This document shows, piece after piece, positions 52,280-64,000 of a stretch of 64,000 bases of DNA. Under the pieces are notes generated by a model, which searched no databases, was not told the origin of the DNA, and was given only the letters and a program-made list of their open reading frames with translations. Position numbers and translations under genes: made by a program. Source of the stretch: Neocallimastix sp. 'constans' (taxonomy: Eukaryota); NCBI GenBank assembly GCA_050613775.1, contig JBODTK010000109.1, positions 372,001-436,000 on the forward strand, read 5' to 3'. Numbering within the stretch: the stretch's first letter is position 1; every line of letters begins with the position of its first letter.

Positions 52280-53609
52280 TTATAACATAATTGTTTTAAA
52301 AAAAAATAACAATATATTAACAAAAAAAAAATATAAATATTAAAATTATAACTTAATTTATAAATATAACAATTCTTAATAAATAATATAAACATGTATT
52401 AAAAAAAAATAAATTTTTATCAGAATCAAAAAGAAATTAAATAAAAATAAAAATAATAAAAATAAAAATAAAAATAAAAATAAATAAATAAATAAATAAT
52501 AATAATTAGTCTTTTAAAGTAAAATTTTATAATGAGATGCTTTTTAATTTATATAATAACATAATAATAAATCCAAAAACATATGAATTACTTTAAATTA
52601 ATTTATATTTTATAATCTTCAAAAATTGTTATATTCATTTGAAACCTCACTAAAAGTATAATTATTAAAACCATTATCATTTTGCATATTAGATGATACA
52701 ATTAAATTATTAATAGTTTTATTTGAGAGTGTGTTGGAATTTTTAAAATTTGTATTTTTATTGTCATTGTTTGATAAAAAAATTTTTATGGTCTACGGTT
52801 TTATTAGAAATTTCAATATTTTTATGTATATCATTAATATTATTATATTGATCAGGTATTATATTATTAATAAGAGTGTTCAGATGAAAATTTACGTAAA
52901 ATTTTAATACATGTAATTAAGAAAGCATTATTTGAATTATTATTTTACTATTTGATGAAGTAGGTTTTGATGATTTTATTTTGACCAATAGCTTTCTAGA
53001 AATTTTTGGTTCAATTTTTGAAAAATTTTATTATTTAAATTTTTTTCATTTATATTAAAATGAATTCTTTTTTGCCTTTGTTTTTATCAGGAAAAATATT
53101 TATAACATCAAGATCCATTGAGAGTTTTTTATATTTTAAATATGTTTCATTTTTGTTTTTAAGTTTTTAAGTCCAAGAGTGTAATATTAATTTATTTAAA
53201 TTAAAATATCGTCTCTCCTTAATATTGCATGTTCTGAGACTCTTAATCTATTGACCGACTATTGGTAGAAACACGCGAATGTTAATGAGAAATTATATAT
53301 TTTATTATTTATTTACTTATATTAAAAGAACTCAGTACATTAATATATTAATGTAAAATTATATTTATAATGAATAGATTTTTTTTTTTATATATATAGT
53401 CGCAATTATTGCGAACTTTAATCTTTATCTATTTATTTTTTTTCTAAACTTCATGAATACTTATAATTTTAATAAAAAATAAAAAACACAGAATTATTAA
53501 ATAAATAAATATTATTTGTCCAATATGAACATAATAATATTTGAAATAATAACGTGAATTAAAAAGTAATAATCAAAAATAAAGTATATAAGTAAATTCA
53601 GAAAAAAGT

Positions 53610-54250
53610 TCATGTACAACGAACCTCACCTCCTTATGGATTAGGGTTTGAATTGTCTATCTGAAAGAAAGTATGGTCTTCTCCTTCAGAGGCATTGGCC
53701 CTACTAGACTGTCTTACTGCATTTTCAACGTTGACGCTCCTGGTTAATTTGCGCTTATATTTTCGGAATAGTAACCCTTGCCGAGTACTAGCCTGAGGCA
53801 TAATTTCTATTAAGAAAGCCGCAGATCGACCAAGAATGGTGTTTTTGAATAGTCACCAGAAATGATTTGGTTCTTAAACAAAATATCTCATTCCTTTTTA
53901 TAATTTAAATCAATAATTGCATCTCTTCCACCAAGAAGGAAGTTATATAATCGGTTCCACGTCACATATATATTTACACACTTCATTATTCAGAAAATTA
54001 CTTAAATTAACAGGATTTTCACCAATTGAACTATTCACTACATTATCAGTAACGATATTATAATTTTTACTATCACTAATATTAATATTTCTATTTTCAC
54101 TATCACTAATTCTACTATTATTAACAATATTATTTCTATTATTAATATTATTAATATTTACTTCGTTACAACTATCAGAATCAGAACTTAGTTATTCATA
54201 TATGTGATAACAGTGTCTACATTACTACTATATATTGAACAATACTTAGA
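53610..54250 (-). pseudogene. LINE 3'-end fragment
   Basis: VTWNRLYNFLLGGRDAII...AAFLIEIMPQA...KLTRSVNVENAVRQ...NPNP*, with frameshifts. 53922-54000 is nearly identical to 40947-41016 joined to 41492-41500. Confidence 0.75.
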
Positions 54251-54534
54251 AATAATATATATATATATATTAGGAAGAGAATACACTTTCAGTGCTATAT
54301 TAAATAGATTAAAATGTTCAGAAATAATATTAAATTTTTTTTTTCATTAAGATAATGAATAGAAATAAATTTATAATTTATTACATAGATTTATCTTATG
54401 ATGTCATACGATTTTACATTGATTTATGTATATACATTTATATTATTTTATATTTTTGTATATAAAATATTGTATATATTTTATTATATGAAATATTAAA
54501 TGATTTATTTTATTAAATATTTATATATATTAAC

Positions 54535-54565
54535 AATTATTATTATTATTATTATTATTATTATA

Positions 54566-54607
<42 letters not shown>

Positions 54608-54634
54608 ATTATTATTATTATTATTATTATTATA

Positions 54635-54670
<36 letters not shown>

Positions 54671-54716
54671 ATTATTATTATTATTATTATTATAATTATT
54701 ATTATTATTATTATTA
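54535..54716. repeat. (TTA)n microsatellite with periodic ATA interruptions
   Basis: Direct reading. Confidence 0.95.
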
Positions 54717-55721
54717 TTTTTATTTTACACTTTTAATCCCTTTTAAAAATAATCTTTCAACCGACAATAAAAAAATGAATAAAATTTGATTTAATATATA
54801 CATATACATTATTTTAAATAATTAAACAATTTATCCGTTTATATTGTAATATCTTTAATTATAATTTTTTATAAAAAATTTTTTTTCACAATACAAATTC
54901 ACCTTTTTAGCCTATAATCTTTTTGGAGAAGCCAATGAAAAGTATTGATTTACGTATACATCAATTAATCATTATGATTAAAGATAAGATCAAAATAACT
55001 AATGGAAATAAATTATTATATAAATAATAGATATATTTTAATATAAGGGTAAAATGGAGGGGAGAAAAAATTTTTACAGATATATTATTCCTACTTTTTC
55101 ATTAATCTTATATTTGAAATTATTATAGAAATAAAAAACCTTCAGGTTTGGATATTAGAATAAAATAATATTATATTTTATTCATATTACATTAATACTA
55201 TTTATCTGTAAAATTAATGCTTTTTAATAAAATAATTAACTATATATATATATTTTATATATATATTGCTATTGCTATATTGATATAAAAAAAATAAACA
55301 AATAAATAAATAAATAATAATAATAATTCAACAAATTATTTATAAAAAAATCCATTTTTTATATTTAAAAAAAAAAAATATCACAAATAGCAAATAATAT
55401 ATTAAATGTACTATTCATTTTTTTTTATCCTATAAATTTAATGAATGTATTAAGTATATATAATATTAATTTAAAAAAAAAATTAAATATATTGGAATGT
55501 AACTACAATATAATAAAATTTTAAAAGTAAATTAGTATAAAAAAAGGAAATCTATAACTTTACCATTCTTTTTTTTTTTTCCTCAACATTTTTAGTAATA
55601 CTAATTTTTCTTTAATAAAAATATTAAAAAAAAAAAAAAAAATAAAATTATAAAATTAAAAATAAATATTAAAATATTTATTTTACTCCAGGATTAATAA
55701 TTAAATAAAATAAAACAAAAA

Positions 55722-57922
55722 ATGGTTAAGAATATTGATATTTCAGTATATTTAGTTACTGACTCTTCTCTTGTTCCAAATGGAAAGACTTTATCACAAG
55801 TTGTTGAAGAAGCTATTGAAGGAGGTGTAACTTTTGTTCAACTTCGTGAAAAAAATTGTGAAACTCGCGAATTTATCAGAAAAGCTAAAATAATTAAAAG
55901 TATTTGCAAAAAACATAATATTCCATTTGTTATTAATGATAGAATTGACATTGCTTTAGCAGTAGATGCTGATGGTGTTCACCTTGGTCAAAAAGACATG
56001 AATATTGAATTAGCTAAAAGTATTTTAGGTCCAAATAAAATTATTGGGATTACTGCTGAAACTAATAATCAAGCTATTGAAGCTGCTAAAGCTGGTGCTG
56101 ATTATATTGGCAGTTTAGCTATTTACCCAACAAAAACTAAAAAATTTCCTGACAATTTTACTGGTCTTGGCAAAGAAGGTCTCGTTGAATTATTAGATTG
56201 CATCTCTGAATATGATACGAAAGTTGTCGCTATTGGAGGTCTTAACTCTTCCAATTTAGGTGAAGTAGTCGAATATTGTAATAAAAATATTAAAAAAGGA
56301 AAGAACATCGATGGTGCTGCATTTACTTCTGCTATTATCGCTGCTCCAGATGCCAAAAAAGCCACTAGTGAACTTGCTTCTATTTCAGCTAAAATTGAAA
56401 AAATTAATGCCAAAATACTTAATGCTGCAACTCCCGATTATGAAATAATTAAAAAAGTTAGTGAAGACTTATATCGTATTAAAGAAAATTCTCCTTTAAT
56501 TCATACGATCACAAATTTTGTTATTATGAACGACGCCGCTAATATTACAATTGAAATTGGTGCTAGCCCATGCATGGCTCACGCCGTTGGTGAAGTTGAA
56601 GAATTTGCAACTATTGCAGATTGCGTCGTTATAAATATTGGTACATTATCATCAGAATGGAATGATGCTTTCTATTTAGCAGGTAGAGCCGCCGAAAAGG
56701 CAGGAACACCTGTAGTACTTGATCCAGTAGCTTCTGGTGCTACAAATTTCCGTTTAAGTACCTGTAATAATCTTTTAAATGCCTTTAAAGTTACTGTATT
56801 AAAGGGTAATGCTGGTGAAATATCAGCAATCGCTGGTTATGGCGGAGCCGTATCTAAAGGTGTTGATAGTACTGGTACTGTTGATAAACCATATGAACTT
56901 GTTTCAAAATTAGCAAAAGAATTAAATACTTGTGTTTGTATGACAGGAGCAGTTGATTATATCAGTGACGGTAAAAAAACTATTTCACTTCATAATGGTG
57001 ATAAAATGTTAGAAAAAATTACTGGCTCTGGTTGTACTGTCAGTAATTTAGTTGGTAAGTTTTAAATTTTTCATTATTTTATAATTAAATTACATAAATA
57101 TATAAAATAAAATAAAATATAGAATATAAAATATTTAATATATAACATAAAAATAGCAAATTATAAACAATGAAAAGAAATAAAAAATATATATATATAT
57201 AATAAATATTTTTAACGACAACAAAGACAATAAGTTAATAATTAAATTAATCAATATTGAAAATATAAAATTTGTTAATTAATTTGTTTATTATTAATTT
57301 GTCGTTTTTTTTTTTTTTTTTTTTTATTTTTATTTATGACATTATTCTATAAATAATACCAATTTTCAGTAAATAATATAAATAACTTCTGTTAATTCAT
57401 ATTGAAATTTAATTTGAAAATTATTTATTATTTTAATTTTTAATTTATTTTATTTTACTTTTATTATTGGTAAAATCTAAACATAATTAATTTTCAAATA
57501 TTCCTTAATTTTACAATTCATAAAATAATTTAAGAAAAAATTAGATCTTTATATATAAATAATATTTGCCATAAAAAATAAAGGCCATAAAAAAGCCATA
57601 AAAATAAAAACCATAAAAAATGAAAATTTTTTCAAAAAAAATTATTATATATTACAAATATGAACTATAATAATTAATAAAATATTTAAATCTATTTAAT
57701 AATAAACATAATATAGGTTGTTTTGCTGCTATTGAAAAAGATCCAGTTATTGCTGCCATTGGTGGTGTTTTATCAATGAGTATTGCTGCTGAATTAGCTT
57801 TGAAGCAAACTTCTATTCGTGGACCAAGAACCTTCTTTGCTGCTTTGCATGATGAAATTTACTTATTAACTGCTGAAAAATTCCAAAGATATGCAAAAAT
57901 AAATATTGAATCATGGGAATAA
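55722..57922 (+). CDS. THI6: Bifunctional thiamine-phosphate synthase / hydroxyethylthiazole kinase; exons 55722-57054 and 57717-57922 (512 aa)
   Basis: ThiE motifs YLVTD, VQLREK, INDRID, GVHLGQKD and AIGG. ThiM motifs HTITNFV, INIGTL, VLDPV, KGNAGEI and ITGSGC. A GTAAGT..TAG intron (57055-57716) joins in frame to GCFAA...GPRTF...DEIY. Confidence 0.93.
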
Positions 57923-58494
57923 AACACAAAAACATTAAAATATGTATATCAAAAAAAAAAAAAAAAAAAAAAAAAAGATTGTGTTATATAATAAATATAT
58001 TTATATTTTACGAAAAATCATAAATATAAATATAATAAATTAGATGATAATAATAATCAATACATTACAAAGTAAAAATTTCAATAAATCAAAACACAAA
58101 AAAAAAAAAAATTATTTAAAATATTTAGATGAAATTTAAATAAGTAGAATCTATAAATAACTATATAATAATATATTTATTTGATAAAATTTTAAAGCTA
58201 ACAAACATAAATATATATTATTCTATATAGTTTTCATCAATTTCTATATATTTAATTTATTATTAATATTTATAACATGTTATTTAAGTCGACTAAATAT
58301 AAAACAATAAAATATATAAAAAAAATGAGTAATAAATAAATAAAATAAATAATTTGAAATAAAAGTATTGTCTTATTTTATATTAATACATTATTTTATA
58401 TCTAATCTCTAATTTTGCTTGATACATGCATAATACATGGATCATAGTAACAACGTATTTAAAATGAAGTTTTTGAATGTAGTATGTTTCAGAA

Positions 58495-58822
58495 GGGGAG
58501 TGTGCATTTCGAAAATTTTTATTACAAAAATTTGTATTTTGTTGTATGGCTTAAATATTTTTAATTTTAAGCCACTTAATTTTATTAAAAATTTAATGAA
58601 TAATAATTAATTAATTAAATAAATAAAATTACAATTTTCAAAAATTTTCAAACACGTAATCTTACGTGGGGCGTATATCTATTTGTATCATAATTTTGTG
58701 GCTTTTTTCTACAATTTTTAAAAAGCCATATATTCACAATATGGCGTGAATAATAAATGTGGTGATATTTTATGACGAAAATTTACAAATTTATGTAATA
58801 ATTTTCGAAATGACACACCCCC
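58495..58822. mobile_element. MITE, Mutator-like (328 bp)
   Basis: Imperfect TIRs GGGGAGTGTGCATTTCGAAAATT...TTACAAAAATTTGT and ACAAATTTATGTAATAATTTTCGAAATGACACACCCCC. 9-bp TSD GTTTCAGAA at 58486-58494 and 58823-58831. Confidence 0.88.
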
Positions 58823-59764
58823 GTTTCAGAAAAGTGTATTTTGAAAATGAGGCGTTTAAATTTTGAACTCATTTTAATACATAAATAAATAATTAATTAA
58901 TTATAATAATAATAAATATAAATGAATTAATAATGAAATTTTAAATACTATAGACATTTTTCTATGTAGCTTTCATATGGGGAGAGGAGTGTGCATTTTG
59001 TAATATGGCGTATACCTTTTTTTAATTAAAGCTATACATTTTTAAGATATTCTATATAATCATAAATAAATAATTATTATTTTAAAAGAAATAATAATAT
59101 ATTTTTTCAATTAAATATTATTAAATAACTATTTCAAAAGAAATAATATATTCTATTAAAAAAGAATTTTAAAAAATTATTTTTATAATTGAATATTAAT
59201 AGATTATAAAAAAAAGAATATTTATTATTTTTTAATTATTATTCATTAATTATTAAAAATCAAGCCATGTATAAAAATACGCCACATTGCGAACCGTACA
59301 AGATTCCGTTCATATTGTTGTATTTTAACCCCATAAATTTTTAATATAATTTTTGATATTTTTAATACAATTATAAATAAATAAATAAATAAATTATAAT
59401 CAGATTCAGAGATAAATAATATTGTGTTAATTATAAAAAAAGTTTAAAGTTTCTAAATAACTTCATAACAAAAGACTGAATAATAATTATTAATTTATTT
59501 ATAATAAATAATAAAATTTAAATAATAAAAATAAATAATAATAATTAAATATAAATAAAAAATAATTAAATATAAATTATATAATTATATTAATGTTTTA
59601 TTTTCTAGTATATAGAAAATAAAGTATTTTCTTAAAAACACTAATTTATTCATAAAAAATAATAAATAACAAAGAAAAAAATTTTTCCTTTTTTAAAAAA
59701 TTATAAAATATTTAAGATAACCATAGCTTTTGAAATTAAATATATTTATTTAAATATTTAATTA

Positions 59765-59957
59765 GGGATAGTGCATTTCGGAACCGCACGTGAATAAATA
59801 TAAGCCACATTATAAGATGGCGTATTACATATAAATTTTTATATAAATTGTATTTATATATATAACATATGGCTTGTACATTTATACATTTATATCAATA
59901 CAATACGTGTCAATAAATGCATTGACACTTATTTCATATATTTCACATTTACATTCT

Positions 59958-59996
<39 letters not shown>

Positions 59997-60126
59997 TACA
60001 TTTATTTTTTTACGTATAATTGTATTAAAAATTTTTATGGCGTTAACAAAAAATTTTACAAGCCATTAAAAATTAATAGCGTATTGAAAATTTGTATTAT
60101 AAAAATTGGCGAAATGCACCTCATTC
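59765..60126. mobile_element. Related degenerate MITE
   Basis: GTGCATTTCG near the left end and CGAAATGCAC near the right end; no clear TSD. Confidence 0.5.
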
Positions 60127-60570
60127 TATAAAATGTACAAAAAAATATATATTAAATAATATATAAAAAAATTTTTTTTATCATAAAAGTTTTATTTATG
60201 TAGACTTATAATTGAGATTTTGAATTTTTAAAATGATACTCCTATAATACATATATTATTTAAAGATAAATAATGAATATTTAAAATTTTATATTAATTA
60301 CTTATTTACTTAAAAAAAAAAAAAAAAAAAAAAAAAGGTAAATTAACAATAATTTATTTGAAGGATATATAATGATTAATTTTTAAGTGTTATCAGTATT
60401 ATATATATTTTACAGCAAATGATATATTTAACTATAAGATTAAAAAATGGAAGATACAATTATAAAAAAAAAAAAATCTCTTTATTATTTTTTATTAATC
60501 TAAACGCCATTATAAAATAATATTGGAAATTTTAATAATTAAAAACTATAACAAAGTTATATAATATATC

Positions 60571-62370
60571 ATGACAATTTCATTAAATTTAATATATTTT
60601 AATATAATTAACTCAATTAAGGAAAATAATTTATTAAAAATTAAAGATATTGTTGAAAAGCATAATGTATCAATAGATAGTCTTGAAGAAGGTGAAAAAA
60701 AGCCTTTAATTTATGCATTGCAAAATAGTAATGAAAGTGAAATTTGTATTGAACAAGAAAAAATTATTAAGTATCTTATAGACCAAACTAAAAATTTAAA
60801 TTTTGAAGTTGGTCAGGATGGTGAAACACCCTTATTCATTGCTCTCAAAAATAAAAGTTATAGAATAGCAAAGTATATGTTGAAAAATGAATATCCTGGA
60901 AAAGATTCAAAAAGAGTTAATATAAATTATAAAAATAGATATGGAGAAAATATTATATTCTATCTTTTTAAAAAAAAAGCTATGACGTCCACAACTTTAA
61001 ATCTGATGATATCAAAAGGTATAAATATCAATACAAGAGATAAAAATGGAAAAACTGCATTAATTTATGCTTTGGAAAGTCATGAATATCAGTACGTTAT
61101 GAAAATTATCAAACATTATGTTTTCTCCCCTTCATCTATTTTAAAAATGATTATATTTTCTAAAAATAAAACACCATTAACTTCAAAGCAAATAGAGGAA
61201 TTTTTAATCTATGAATATCAACAAATTAAATTGGATTATGACGAAGACTATATAAATTCAAATTCAAACATTCTCAAGAAAGGAAGAACTACAGCTTTAC
61301 TAACAGCTTGTAATTTTTATAATATTAAAGCAGTAGAACTTTTTATAAAATGCCGTGCCAATATTGAAGTTAAAAATACATTTGGTCAAACACCACTATT
61401 TTATTTTTATACCAATGGTTATAAATCTATTATAAAAACTTTAATTAAATATGGTGCAAATATTAATGAAACAGATAACTTTAATAAAACACCTTTATTT
61501 AAAGCATGTGAAAGTTGTCAAGCTCAAATAGTAGAATTATATCTAAAAGAAGGTGCCAATCCAAATATTTACGCATACATTAATAATCAAGTTTACACTC
61601 CATTACAAATTGCTGTAGAACGTAATTATTCAAGTATAGTTGATCTTCTATTAAAATATAAATCAAATCCAAATACTCATATTAAATATGGTAGAGAACA
61701 AGAAGATTCAACATTATTAATTATTGCTACACGAAATGGAAATAGCAAAATTGTTCGTTCTTTATTAACATATGATGCTCATATAGATGATGTGGACTAT
61801 CATTTAAAATCTGGCCTCATGTATGCCAGAGAATTGAATAATATAGAAATAATAAATATATATATGGAATTTGAACAAAAACGATATAAATATAAAACAT
61901 TGAAATCATCTTCAGAAATGAATAACGAAAAAGAAATAAATACAGAAATTATTATTGAAGAAGAATTGAAAAAAAGAGAGCAAGAAAAGGAAGAAGAACG
62001 AAAACAACATGAAATTCAACATAAAAAGGATTTAGAATTCACATATAAATGTATTCAAGATCATAATGTTATGCTCTATTTTTATTCACCTTGGTTTACT
62101 TCAAAAGCATCAAAGACAGTTTATGTTCATTATAAAATTGGTAATAATCGATGGACCCCACTTCCAGGTATACCTATGTATTTTTCCAATGAATATTCTT
62201 GTTATTACATAAAAATTCCATTATGGATTAGTACAACTATTGAACTATGTTTCACTGACGGTATAATCCTCTGGGATAATAATAATGAGCATAATTATCG
62301 TTTTACCCCAGGATGTTATACCATTAAAAACTATACTGTAATCGAAGGAAAACCTACCCAAAAAAAATGA
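60571..62370 (+). CDS. Ankyrin-repeat protein with C-terminal CBM25-like starch/glycogen-binding module
   Basis: Ankyrin motifs GETPLFIA, GKTALIYA, GQTPLF, KTPLFKA and TPLQIA, then a charged helical linker. C-terminal VYVHYKIGNNRWTPLPGIPM...CFTDG..WDNNNEHNY. Confidence 0.85.
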   Translation: MTISLNLIYFNIINSIKENNLLKIKDIVEKHNVSIDSLEEGEKKPLIYALQNSNESEICIEQEKIIKYLIDQTKNLNFEVGQDGETPLFIALKNKSYRIAKYMLKNEYPGKDSKRVNINYKNRYGENIIFYLFKKKAMTSTTLNLMISKGININTRDKNGKTALIYALESHEYQYVMKIIKHYVFSPSSILKMIIFSKNKTPLTSKQIEEFLIYEYQQIKLDYDEDYINSNSNILKKGRTTALLTACNFYNIKAVELFIKCRANIEVKNTFGQTPLFYFYTNGYKSIIKTLIKYGANINETDNFNKTPLFKACESCQAQIVELYLKEGANPNIYAYINNQVYTPLQIAVERNYSSIVDLLLKYKSNPNTHIKYGREQEDSTLLIIATRNGNSKIVRSLLTYDAHIDDVDYHLKSGLMYARELNNIEIINIYMEFEQKRYKYKTLKSSSEMNNEKEINTEIIIEEELKKREQEKEEERKQHEIQHKKDLEFTYKCIQDHNVMLYFYSPWFTSKASKTVYVHYKIGNNRWTPLPGIPMYFSNEYSCYYIKIPLWISTTIELCFTDGIILWDNNNEHNYRFTPGCYTIKNYTVIEGKPTQKK

Positions 62371-62483
62371 TAATAATTAATAAATAAATAAATAAATAAC
62401 ATTAAATAAAGTTGTAAAACTTTTTTTTTTATTTTTTTTTTTATTTTTGAAGTACTCGCATAATTAAAATATTATTTAAAATA

Positions 62484-62524
<41 letters not shown>

Positions 62525-62565
62525 AATAATTAAATTATCTTAATACTATTGAATAGTATTATTAG

Positions 62566-62596
<31 letters not shown>

Positions 62597-63015
62597 AAAA
62601 AAAAAAATAAAAACAATATTAGTAAATTAATATATAGTAAATATTTATAGCGATACAATTTATTACATCAAAGCAAATAATAAAAATATTATTAAAAAAC
62701 AAAAAACAAAAAACAAAAAAAAAGATGGTAGAAATTATTTCTTTATATCCTTTTATTTATTAATTTATATATTTATTTACTTTTATATATTCATTTACTT
62801 ATTATATTTATTTATTAATTATTAATTTATTTAGTAATTTAATTTAATAATTAAAAATTATATCTTATATATAATTTGTAATTATCAAAATTATTTCATA
62901 TATATATTATATATATATTTAAAAAAAAAAAAAAAAAAATACATATATATAAATTTTAAAATTAAAAGTGAAATATCAAAAAAAAAATTAAAAATAAAAA
63001 TAAAATGAAAAAAAT

Positions 63016-63046
<31 letters not shown>

Positions 63047-64000
63047 TTTTAAAATTTCGTTTTTAATTAATTTTTTTTTTATTACAAAATATTAAATTAT
63101 GTCTTATTGTAATAAATATTTTATTCTAATAAATTTTAATTTCTTTAGTCTATTCCATAAATAAGATGTAATGAAATTAATAAAGGACTTATTTTTTTTT
63201 AAAGATCGAAAAATAATGAGTATAGAGGCAATAGGACCTCTACTGTACTCTTCCCTTTTACCTCTTGTCCTTAAAAAGCGTATTCAAGAGAATGTAATTT
63301 ATATTGTTAAATTTTATTATTTTATTTTTTTCTTTAATATTTCTTATTTAAATAAATTTCACTATTTATTATATTTATTATTTTATTATTATTTTTTTTA
63401 TTATATTGAAATTATAAAAATTAGTGATAAAAATTAAAAAAACTTACGAGAAAAAAATTATATATTTCAATAGCAGAACTTTTTCACTCAGTAGTATTAT
63501 AATTGTTAGCATCAATGCTAGATGGTATATAAGACTTAGTCATCTTTAGTATAAGTTAAGACCATCATAAATATATTCATCTATAAAAAATCACTCTCAG
63601 TTAAAACACCAATATATATGAAAATGCATTTTTCCAAAATCAAATTTCTTAATAGAAAATTTTATTCCATAACTTAGACCTTAAAAAAATTATATAGTAA
63701 TTATATATTAAGAATTTGATTTTATAATATTTTAATTTATTCTATACAATATAAAATATTTTTTTTATTATTATAATTTATTATATGGTATTAGTAATTT
63801 ATTTCATAGATTAGGAATTAATTTTATTAATTAAAATTTAATTATAAATGAATAAAATCAAAGTGATAAAAAAAAAATATTCATGTAATTAATGTTAAGA
63901 GTAAGGAATTTAAAGTTCATAAAAATGTCAATTTTATTAATATTTTTTATAATAAAAAATTATTAATTATTCTAAATATAATGCTTTTTTGTTAATACAT

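Noticed and set aside
57055..57716. TPP riboswitch in the THI6 intron
   Set aside because: No TPP aptamer consensus is visible; there are only short CCATAAAAA repeats near 57568-57620.
63171..63690. Possible exon remnants on the minus strand
   Set aside because: Multiple stops and no recognisable motif; cannot be supported without a homology search.

Overview
This is extremely AT-rich eukaryotic DNA with GT-AG introns. I infer an anaerobic gut fungus (Neocallimastigomycota) from base composition and gene types; this is not proven. Host genes are: a secreted XynE-like SGNH esterase, a class V myosin-chitin synthase, a five-exon solute-binding-protein/7TM receptor fusion, a bacterial-type aldo-keto reductase, a divergent EF-Ts-like protein, THI6, and an ankyrin-CBM25 protein. 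Mobile DNA is dense. It includes an intact, very young Ty3/Gypsy chromovirus inserted into a dead LINE, several other LINE remnants, two kinds of tRNA-headed SINE, a Mutator-type MITE cluster and LTR debris. The three strongest leads are: (1) a Tf1-like self-priming signal in the chromovirus; (2) a poly(T)-tailed SINE with a CCA-ending tRNA head, target-site duplication and an empty-site homolog in the same window; (3) an EF-Ts relic in a lineage whose hydrogenosomes lack a genome. All calls come from manual reading; no database searches were run.
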